Source of the DNA: Octopus sinensis
Taxonomy: Eukaryota
Reading direction: 5' to 3'
NCBI RefSeq assembly: GCF_006345805.1
Contig: NC_043024.1
Span: 14,570,001 to 14,634,000 of the forward strand
Length of the DNA stretch: 64,000 nt
Shown: positions 40,601 through 52,594 of the stretch, piece by piece
How the letters are laid out: every line of letters begins with the position of its first letter
Position numbering within the stretch: the first letter of the stretch is position 1
Translations under genes and position numbers: made by a program
Notes under the pieces: generated by a model
The model's database searches: none
Told to the model about the DNA's origin: nothing
Seen by the model: only the letters and a program-made list of their open reading frames with translations

Positions 40601-43545
40601 TGAAATAAATCTGCAATTAATGATAGATTGAAAGATATAATTATATATATAATTGCATTTGAATTCCTTTTTTAAATAATTTCTTCAGTAGTATATAGAA
40701 GAAGAACGAAGGAGCATTCTGTCAGTTATGAGGATGAGTGTCTCAGCTGATATGATCAACAGAACAGCTTGCTCATGAAATTAACATGCAAGTGGCTGAG
40801 TACTCCACAGACATGTGTACCCTTAACGTAGCTCTCAGGGAGATTCAGCGTAGCACAGAGTGAGACAAGGCTGGCCCTTTGAAATACAGGTACTACTCAT
40901 TTTTGCCAGTTGATTGAACTGGAGCAATGTGAAATAAAGTGTCTTGCTCAAGGACACAATGCATCACTGGGAATTGAACTCACAACCTTACAATCATGAG
41001 TCAAATGTCCTAACCACTAAGCCATGTACCTTCATGGAAGCACTCCGTCGGTTACGACGACGAGAGTTCCGGTTGATCCGAATCAACGGAACAGCCTGCT
41101 CATGAAATTAACGTGTAAGTGGCTGAGCACTCCACAGACACGTGTACCCTTAACATAGTTCTCAGGGATATTCAGTGTGACACAGAGAGTGACAAGGCCG
41201 GCCCTTTGAAATACAGGTACAACAGAAACAGGAAGTAAGAGTGAGAGAAAGTTGTGGCGAAAGAGTACAGCAGGGATCACCACCATCCCTGCTGGAGCCT
41301 CGTGGAGCTTTAGGTGTTTTCGCTTAATAAACACTCACAACGGCCGGTCTGGGAATCGAAACCGCGATCCTACGACCGCGAGTCCGCTGCCCTAACCACT
41401 GGGCCATTGCACCTCCACCATGTACCTTCACAGTAGTATATAAATGTACATTTGAAACATCAAAATTTTGTATAATTATTCACCATGAAAATCTGTATTT
41501 ATGTCACATATACATTGTTGAAGTTTTACAGTAGTAATTGGTCCATCTGTTTCTTCCCAATGTATATATATTTAAGAGTAAGTCTTCATTATCATCATCG
41601 TTTAACCTCCATGATACCTGCTGGAATGTGATGGGTGATTTGAGAGGAAATTATATTTTTGCAATACTTATCAGTCAAAATGTTGTGTGAGAGGAATTAA
41701 CCGGATATTTATTCTTTGATTGAAGAGATAACTGGTTCTAAAGACCCTAAAACTGGTTTAGAAATTTTAATATCAATATATGAAATGCCTTTATATTCTA
41801 ACTATATATAATATATATATATATATGTGTGTGTGTGTATATATATATATGTATGTATATATACATAAATATGAAAGAGTGACCATTATGTGGTCTACTC
41901 TAGTGCTAAAAATAGATCCACTATGGTATAGCCACTAAAAAATTGTTTCCAAGGAGAAATATCACATTTAACGTGGGGCAAGGGAAAAATAACGAAAAAA
42001 TAGATTAACCCTGAACAATTGTTTCATTATTAATGTAAATGCATTGTATTTCGACAAACTCCTGCTGATGATTTATAGATGTCGTGTAAGTAAAATTGCA
42101 TTTACATTAATAATGAAACAATTGTTCAGGGTTAATCTATTTTTTCGTTAGTTTTCACTTGCCCCACGTTAAATCTTGTGATATTTCTCATTGGAAACAA
42201 ATTTTTAGTGGCTATACCATAGTGGATCTATTTTTAGCACTAGAGTAGACCACATAGTGGTCGCTCTCTCATATTTATGTATAAATTTGTATGGTATCCC
42301 TGGTTTTTATGTGCTGAGCCACTTGGTGTTAAATTGATGGTATTATTAAATTAATATCAAATTTTTCACCCTCATTTATGAATGTATGTATATATATATA
42401 TATATAATGGTAAGACAACAAAAGAATGAAAGAGACCTCGATATTATGTAAATAGAGGAATTTATCTGTAATTGTGACAATTATTCGGTAGCCATGATAA
42501 AACTCAGTATTTTTCCAATGGCCGGATAACTGAAGACATGGCGGCATGGATTTCTACCTCGGCATCTGAAACTCGGAGTTTTATACACATACACACACAT
42601 ATATATATATATAACTATAACTACAATTTATTATGTTCTAAAACATGGAAGCAGTGAGATCTTTCTAGTTTTATTGCTGGTAGTTTGTATTCATATTTAC
42701 TGTGAAGCTTAAGAAGTTTGGGTATCCTTCAGTAACACATACTTACTGTGAAGCTTATATCAATCTATCAAAAACCACAGTCTTAGTAAGTAGGATGGCA
42801 GACAAATCATAAACCCCTTCAGGTAGATGGCCCTACTTGATTTGTAGAAAAGCCATAGATAGAGACTCCATAAGATGTGCTTGGTGAAAGCTATGGACAC
42901 ATAAGAGGTGCAGCAATATCAAAGGAAGGTTAACTGGGAAGATAGCCTTTGTGTGTGGTAGATGCACAGGGACAATAAACACCAAAGATGTATAGAAAAC
43001 AGATTCCATCACATGCCAGGGGGAAAAACTAGAAGTAGTTGATAGCTTTCATTACATAGGCGATCAAGTCAGCAGCAGGGGTGGATGCTCTGAGAGTGTA
43101 GCTGCTTGAATAAGAATAGCCTCGGCAAAGTTCAGAGAGTTCCTACCTCTGCTGGTAACAAAGGGCCTATCACTCAGAGTAAAAGGTAGACTGTATGATG
43201 CATGCATGTGAACAGTCATGTTACACGGCAGTGAAACATGGGCTGTGACTGCTGAGGACTTGCATAAGCTTGAAAGAAATGAAGCTGGTATGCTCTGCTG
43301 GATGTGTAAAGTCAGTGTGCATACACAACAGAGTGTAAGCACCCTGAGAGAAGAGACAATTGTTGAATTGATAAAAGGTGGTTTTTCCTAATTTATATAT
43401 ATATATATATATATATATAAATATTATATTTTGTGAAATTTGATTTAGTATTTCTAAATTGAATTTTTCCCTGTAAGTTTGGAATAACATTCCCTAATAT
43501 TATTATTATTATTATTATTATTATGATTATTATTATCATTATTAT

Positions 43546-43588
<43 letters not shown>

Positions 43589-46500
43589 CCTGTATGTATA
43601 TCACATTGTTTTAAACAAACCTTTTCTAAAAATGCATCTGTAAACAATTAGTTAGTAAAAACTTATGTTATTTATTAACTGTGTAAAATTGTATAATACA
43701 AATAAATTATTTCTCTTTTGCAGCTGCAAGCACAGGTGCTCCAACAGTTTCTTCAGCAGGTTTGTATATTTAATACTAAACAAGTCCACTATATGTTTAG
43801 TCAATATAATGAAAGTACTTACTAGGTGTCTAAGTTTACCTTGTCTGTCACAGAATATAACTTATCTGTTTTGGATTAGTTTTGAGTTAGCTTCATGAAA
43901 TCTAAAAGAAACCCCCCAAAAAATCCTATTATATTGGGTTGTCCGGAAAGTTCGTACCAATTTTTAAAGGAAAGACAAAGGTCAATAAATACATTTATAA
44001 TCAACCAAATATGAACTATTTATATGAACCAAATATGAACCATTTTGTTGCACAATGCGTCTCCATCTTTCCTTTAACTTGAAAATACCCTCTTCCCAGA
44101 ATTGAGGTAGTTTCATGGCAAAGACTTCCTCAAGGTATCTTTTTACGTCATCCAAGGAATTGAAATTTTTACCATCAAGACTATTCTGCAGAAACCTGAA
44201 TCAGTAGAAATCCGAAGGAGCAATATCTGGTGAATATGGAGGGTGGGGTAACACATCCCAGCCAAGCTGCAGCAAGTGCCAAAAATGAACTTTCTTATCT
44301 TCCATTTTAAAGGGTTACAGAATTAACACAGGTTACAGGAACATAAACCTTCTTCCACGAAAAGATAGCTTAAACTGTGCTCTAAATGGAGGTGTAGTCA
44401 AATCCTATTTTATGGACTCAACCATGTTCTAAAATAAGTCAAAATGTAAGCTACTATAAATCAGCACAAACTTTCCGGACAACCCAATAGCATTTGAACT
44501 TTACTTGTTGGTGTTGGCTGTAAATGTTCACCTCTTGTAAAACCAAGACTGGGGAAATTTTAGAGTCAATGTTACTGATAGACTGAAAACTATATTCTCC
44601 AAAAACCAATTCCAATAAATAACTGACACTACTTTAGTCTTGTTGGTTCTAATAGAACATGTGACACATGGTGAAACACTTAAACATCACTTACTGAATA
44701 AAAGACCACCACATTAATTATATAATGTGTAGAGTCAACTTAGAACCAAGCAGCAGATTATCATCTTGAATAATCTAAATTCCTCAAGGAATGTGAAGAC
44801 GCAGGCTGGAAAGCGGAGCATTTTCCAATCGAAGTCGGATGTAGAGGGTTCGTTGGACACAGTGTGAAACGACTGTTGTTATCGCTAGGCCTAACTCATC
44901 GTAAAGTCAATACCACCATGACCGATATCCAATCTACAGTGGAGAAGGCTAGCCACTGGATTTGGTTAAAAAGAGACGATGAACGATGGCTTGAAGGATA
45001 TTGAGTTTAACCTCATAACCAGTTGATCAAGCAAGCAGAGCCTCATATCAGTGAGGGGAGCCCATGCGCATTGATGCTGTCGAGAGGTAGACCCCGAAAC
45101 GGCGCGCATTCTCTCCTGATGACCCCATACACTTGCTGGCTTCCGGCATACGGAGCTTTTGACTGGTAGCACTTGCATGTGCAAGTTGTGTGCAAGACAT
45201 ATACAGGTGAAAAATCAAATATTGAAATTTTAATTTATGCCAGACTGAGAGGTGTCAGACCAGGGAGAAATGAACAATATTTCTGAAGTTGGAAGTTAGG
45301 CTGGGTAAGAGAATTAACCCTTTTGTTACCGTATTTCTTTTGAGATGCTCTGTGTTTCTTCCAATTAATCTTAAATATAACAAAGAATTTAGTAAAATAA
45401 CTTAGTTATCATTAAGCTAATGTTAGGAACATAAATTGTGACTAAGGTTCGGTGGAAGATTTTAATTCAAAACTTTCAAAAACAAGATTTTTGTACTACA
45501 GAGCCAGAGGCGGTTTCAGGCGGGTTGGTAACAAAAGGGTTAAGGAACACAGAATTGCCCGCATTGGTGTCTGTACAACTGACTTACAAAGCATGGAGGA
45601 TGCATATGAAGACCCACAATTTCAAAACCAGTTTTGGGTAGATTCATTGCTTTATCAAGAGACATGAACTTTCATATCATAACTGGATTCAATGCCTAAA
45701 ACTGTCTCAGTTTACAGGAATTTCAGCATTTCATAATTAGAGAATGGCAAGCCTATGTACTTAAGATGTAAGAACAACTATTTTCATCAAATATTAGTTG
45801 TACAGGACACATCATCATCATCATCATCTTCGTTTAGTGTCCGCTTTCTATGCTAGCATGGGTTGGACAGTTCAACTGGGGTCTTGGAAGCCAGAAGGCT
45901 GCACCAGGCCCAGTCTGATCTGGCAATGTTTCTACGGCTGGATGCCCTTCCTAACGCCAACCACTCCGTGAGTGTAGTGAGTGCTTTTTACGTGCCACCG
46001 GCATAGGTGCCAGACGAGGCTGGCAAACGGCCACGATCAGATGGTGGTTTTTATGTGCCACTGGCATGAGGCCAGTCGGGGCGGCGCTGGCAATGGCCAC
46101 GTTCAGATGGTTCTCTTACATACCACCGGCACTGGTATCACAGCTGCAATTTCCATTGATGTTGATCGATTTCGATTTATTTATGTACACAAGTGTTACC
46201 CATGGAAATTCCACATTAAATATGAAATTTTTAAATACTTGTAAATTCATATAGGGCCATAAATATTAGTGTTCCTTTATAAATTTCATATTCTTCTATA
46301 ATTCCATTTAAAAACAAACACCTTTCAGTTCTTCTGGATAAGACTGTAATTAACGGAACACGATTTCCCTATTCTCTCAGCAGTTCAGGGGTTCATTTAT
46401 AAATGTAAGAGCTTCACAATGATTATAGAGAATATTTATGTCCCCAGTATTGTAACTTTCAACTACATGTTTCGTGTATTTGACAATCTCATTTTCATTT

Positions 46501-49500
46501 TATATTCTATCTTGAACCCATTCCCTTATCTCTTATCAATACTCTCTCTATATATACTCTTCGATTCATATTTTCTGTTCTACATGTTGATGCTCTTCTT
46601 CTTGCTCTACTGATTCAGCAATCCATTTCTCTTTACATTGTTGTATATAAAGATGTCCTTATTTCTCTTGTTAGCTTACATTGTCTGTCATTCATATTTT
46701 ATACACAAATATCAATTTTCAAGCACGTGTTATTTAAGATATTTAAACATAAATACTAAATGATTTAAAAGTATATCTATAACATATTAGAGATTATTAT
46801 ATGTTATTAAGATTAAAAGGGATTCTAATACAAAATCGTTAATACTTTATTGCAGCCCCCAGAATAGCTGGACCATCTGTTACTCCAACAGGTAAGTACA
46901 GTTTTATTGTATGATTAGTCATAAAAAAGATAAACGTTGCCCCTTTCAAGCCTAACCAGGCTCATGGGCCCAGTTTCCCGGTTTTTGTGGTGTATGTGTT
47001 CCCTCCAGCTGAACAGGATGCCAGTCCATTGCAGTGTTACTCGAGAAACAGAGAGAGAGTAAGAGAAAGTTGTGGCGAAAGAGTACAAGAGGGGTCACTA
47101 CCATCCCCTGCAGGAGCCTCGTGGAGCTTTTAGGTGTTTTTGCTCAATAAATACACACAACACCTGGTCCGGGAATCGAAACCGCGATCCTCCAACCACG
47201 AGCCCACTGCTCTAACCACTGGGTCATTGCGCCTCCACTATGATTAGTCATCACGGTGAAAGTATTACTGGATACAATGAGTTATTCAGTGATAGGATTT
47301 CAGCCTAGCATCAAGGGTTTTATTTTAATTATGAATAACATATGAAGCTATTTCTCATCAGATTCAATCAGTGTAGCCAGGTTAAGTCATGTTGAACATT
47401 AGTGTACATGATATATATTGGGAGTTTAACCTGTGCTGTGTGTATGTATTTGTTTTTCTTGAAGAAATCCCTTCTAACATTTAAATAAATCAGCTTGGTT
47501 CAAAAGGTCTTCAAACTGGTATGGAAATTTTAATATCAACAAATAAGTTGTTCTTATATTCTATCTATATATAATTATTATAACTATAATTTAAGTCCTC
47601 CTTTTTAGATCGGTTTTGTATGAAACGATGTAGCTTAGATGATTTAACAAAAATTGAAGAATCAAATAGAAGAATCACAAAATATGTATGAAATTTGTAG
47701 AGTAATACATTCTTAAAATAGTAAATGAATGGGTGGTGGACAAAAGTATTGGGTCGTTTGGAAACTTCATGCTGACTTTTAGTTGTTCATGTTCCAGGTT
47801 AGAACATGTCAAATTTATTGACACCGTAAAAAGCACCAACCAATCATGGTCGCTGCCAACCTCCCCTGGCACCTGTGCCAGTGGCACATAAAAAGCACCC
47901 ATTACTTTCACAGAGTGGTTGGTGTTAGGAAGGGCATCCAGCTGTAGAAACACTGCCAGATCAGACTGGAGCCTGGTGCAGCCTCCATGGCTTCCAGACT
48001 CTGGTCGGAACGTCCAACCCATGCTAGCATGGAAAACAGACGTTAAACGATGATGATGATGATATAGTATGCTGACATTCCTGGTTAGCATACACTTCAA
48101 GCTATCTCTTGAGAAAGAAAGTTTAAAATTACTTAATTTGTGTCAATTTAGCACCCCTATGATAATGGGAGATTATAAGGGGCATTTTAAGGCACTTGAT
48201 GCTTTTTTATTACCGTAAAGGCAAAAATGCCCACAAGCAACAAAAGAGATATGTGCTGCGAACAGTGAAAGTGCTTTAGTTAACAGAACTGCACTGATGT
48301 GGTTTACTACGTTTAGAGTTATTGATGAAGAACGCTCAGGAAGACCCCCCCCCCCCACTACTTCAAATGATGACCAAATCAAGACATTGATTGAGAATAT
48401 CCTGCTTTACACAATGCAGGAATTGGCAGAAACAGTAAATTTATCAAACCCCACCATTCATGAGCACTTAGTGAAGCTTGGGTACTCAAATCCCTACGAT
48501 GTTTGGGTACCACATGATCTGAGAGAAAAGAATCTTTTGGATTGCATTTCTAACTGTGATTTACTGTATAAATGCAATGAAAATGCACCCTTTTTGAAGC
48601 AAACTGTGATGGGTGATGAGAAATGAATCATTTGCAACAATGTTCAGTGAGTCACCTTTAACCACCCCAAAAGTAGATCTTCATCCTAAGAAAGCCATGT
48701 GGGATTGGAAAGGAATCTTGTACTATGTGCTTCTGCCAAGTAACCAGTCAATTAATTCTGAGAAGTACCACTCGCAACTGGACAATTTAAAGGCAGCAAT
48801 TCAAGAAAAACACCCAGAATTGGCAAACAGGAAAGGCGTTGTTTTCCATCAGGGTAATGCCAAACCTCACATTTCTTTGGTGACCTGTCAAAAATTGTTG
48901 CAGCTTGGCTGGGATGTGTTACCCCACCTGCTATATTCACCAGAGACATTGCTCCTTTGGATTTTCACTTATTTAGGTCTTTGCAAAATAATCTCACTGG
49001 TAAAAACTTTAATTCTTTGGAGGACATAAAAAAACCACCTTAATGAGTTTTTTTGCCAAGAAACCACTGAGATTCTGGGAAGACAGAATATTTAAGTTGA
49101 AGGAAAGATGGAGAAAAGTTGTGCAGCAAAATGGTTCATAATTAGTTGATTAAATATTTAATGACAATTTTGTTTTGTCTTTTAATTTCCCTTTAAAAAA
49201 AGCGGCATGAACTTTCTGGACATGCATTGTTACTTTAATTTAGTAGGAATTGTTATAATGAGAGTACAAAGTACAGCATAACAGTGAGAGAAAATAATAA
49301 TTTTTGATTCGTTCGTCTTTATGGTTTGGTCTGCAAATTTTGAAAGAAATCTCTAAATATATATGGTGTATTCTTTTTTTTAATCACTATCATTTATTTG
49401 TTAGGTGCTGGAGTGGCTATGTGGTAAGTAGCTTGCTAACCAACCACATGGTTCCAAGTTCAGTCCCACTGCGTGGCATCTTGGGCAAGTGTCTTCTGCT

Positions 49501-49918
49501 ATAGCCCCGGGCCGACCAATGCCTTGTGAGTGGATTTGGTAGATGGAAACTGAAAGAAGCCTGTCGTATATATGCATATATATATATAAAAAAAAAAAAT
49601 AGACTCCGCCGGTTACGATGACGAGGGTCCCAGCTGATACGATCAACGGAACAGCTTGCTCGTGAAATTAACGTGCAAATGGCTGAGCATTCCACAGACA
49701 CGTGTACCCTTAACGTAGTTCTCAGGGATAATCAGCGTGACACAGAGAGTGACAAGGCTGACCCTTTGAAATACAAGTACAACTCATTTTTGCCAGCTGA
49801 GTGGACTGGAGCAACGTGAAATAAAGTGTCTTGCTCAAGGACACAAGCGTCGCCGGGAATCGAACTCACAACCTTACGATCATGAGCCGAATGCCCTAAC
49901 CACTAAGCCACACGCCCT

Positions 49919-49955
<37 letters not shown>

Positions 49956-50869
49956 TTGTGTGTCTGTGTTTGTCCCCCTAGCATTGCTTGACAACCGATG
50001 GTGGTGTGTTTATGTCCCTGTTACTTAGCGGTTCGGCAAAAGAGACCGATAGAATAAGTACTGGGCTTACAAAGAATAAGTCCCGGGGTCGATTTGCTCG
50101 ACTAAAGGCGGTGCTCCAGCATGGCCGCAGTCAAATGACAGAAACAAGTAAAAGAGTAAAAGAGAGAGAGAGTATACATGTGACATATGAGGGGGTACCC
50201 AAAAGAAACCGGAATTTTGCAATATTATTTTATTTACTTAGTTTTACATGTTTACACTATTTTCACCTTCAAAGTATTCTCCATTTAATGCAAAGCATCG
50301 GTCCAAACACATTTTCCACTGAGTGGTTGGCGTTAGGAAGGGCATCCAGCTGTAGAAACACTGCCAAATCAGACTGGAGCCTGGTGCAGCCTTCTGACTT
50401 CCCAGATCCCCGGTCGAACCGTCCAACCTATGCTAGCATGGAAAGCGGACATTAAATGATGGACTGACTCCTGTGCAGGTGGCAAGTGAAGAAACACCAT
50501 TTCAACCCTGTGCTTGAGGAGATCCATTGAGTCAAGTACACCAACATCAAAATCAATGGAAACTGCAGTTGTGATCCCTGTGCCAGTGGCACGTAAAAAG
50601 AAACCATCCGAACGTGGCCGATGCCAGCGCCGCCTCGCCTGGCTTCCATGCCGATGGCATGTAAAATGCACCAATCCGATCGTGGCCGTTGCCAGCCTCA
50701 CCTGGCATGTAAAAAGCACCCACTACTCTCTCAGAGTGGTTGGCGTTAGGAAGGGCATCCAGCTGTAGAAACACTGCCAGATCAGAAGGAGCCTGGTGCA
50801 GCCTTCTGGCTTCCCAGATCCCCGGTCGAACCGTCCAACCCATGCTAGCATGGAAAGCGGACATTAAAC

Positions 50870-50902
<33 letters not shown>

Positions 50903-52557
50903 GCAGTCCTGGAACACTTATGAAATGATTGTCTTTTAACGTGTCCATCGTTTTTGTTCTTCATGTTTTCCACATCTGCAAAACGTTTTCCCTTAACCCT
51001 TTAGTGTTCGCATTATTCTGCCAAAACAAGTGCTTTTTTATCCACATTGTTTTGAACTAACCATGCATTATCTTGTAGTTATGAGATTTTGATGAGGTAG
51101 CTGTTAATTTTTAAGATGATATTGTAGGGCTGGTGAGAGAGACCAGATCTGGCCAGTTTGAACATAAAACAGGCAGAATACTTTTGGCCGGATATGGCCG
51201 GTTTGAATGCTAAAGGGTTAAAGACTCTTTTTATTCAGGGGAACAAAAAGAAGTCACAGGGAGCAAAATCAAGTAAATAAAAAGGGTGGGTAAGTAGGGT
51301 CATGCCATTTTTCGTCAGAAACTGTCTCACACTTTTGTGAGCAAGTGAGGCATAAATTTTGTTGCAGCTCCCTTCTTTCGCAATTCCTCGCTCAAAATTT
51401 TTTGGCAGGAGCTCCAGGACATACCAGTCATATCAACAAGTTTGTCAATTTTTTGGCAGCGGTCCTCTAAGATTGGCTCATGAATTTTCATTCGTTCAGG
51501 AGGTTGTTGATTACCCTGAATGAGATTGATCTTCAAGCGACAAGTAACCATTCCTAAAGCATGAAAATCAATAGTAAACTTGTGTTTTGCTCATGGTAGC
51601 ATCCTTGTAAGCAGTTTGAAGCATAGCAACTGTTTCATATTTCTTTACTGCCCACTGGGGGTTAAACATAAAGGGGACAAGCAAGGACAGACAAAGAGAT
51701 TAAGTCGATTACATCGACCTCATTGCGTAACTGGTACTTAATTTATCAACCCTGAAAGGATGAAAGGCAAAGTCAACCTCAACGGAATTTGAACTCAGAA
51801 AGTAAGGGAAGACGAAATACCGCTAAGCAGTTTGCCCAGTGTGCTAACGTTTCTGCCAGCTTGCCACCTTTATAGCATAGCAACTGTTTCAGCCACCATT
51901 TTCCCCAGGGGAAAATAGAATTTCCCACAAGCATGCTGTTTCTTCGTTTCAGTCATTGCAAAAATTGACAAACAGGAGAGAAACACTGCAAAACAAAGAT
52001 GCACCACGTACCGGTATGACCTCAGTGGATGCTACCAGTCAGCAGGTAGATACCTAGGGGTCGCATCAAGTGACTTCCAATGACAGAAGCCTGAACTACA
52101 ACAGGCTTGTCACACAGAGTATGTTTCTGGTTACTTTTGAGTATCTCTTCATATAGAATAATTGTATTATTAACAATCCAAAAATAACATATAATGCCAT
52201 TTTCTTGCAGGACCAACAACATCTGGCATATCTCTTGCTCCATCAAGTAAGTACAATTCTACTGTTTGTTTAGTGATTATTAGGAACGTATTACTGAATG
52301 TAATTCATTGCTGTTTGACAGAATATTTAGATATTCATCAAGGGATTTGAAACAATTATGAATAACATATGAAGCTATTTCTCATCAAAAACATTCAGCA
52401 GGAGTGGCTGTGTGGTAAGTAGCTTGCTTACCAACCACATGGTTCCGGGTTCAGTCCCACTACATGGCACCTTGGGCAAGTGTCTTCTGCTATAGCCTCG
52501 GGCTGATCAAAACCTTGTGAGTGGATTTGGTAGATGGAAACTGAAAGAAGCCCGTCG

Positions 52558-52594
<37 letters not shown>

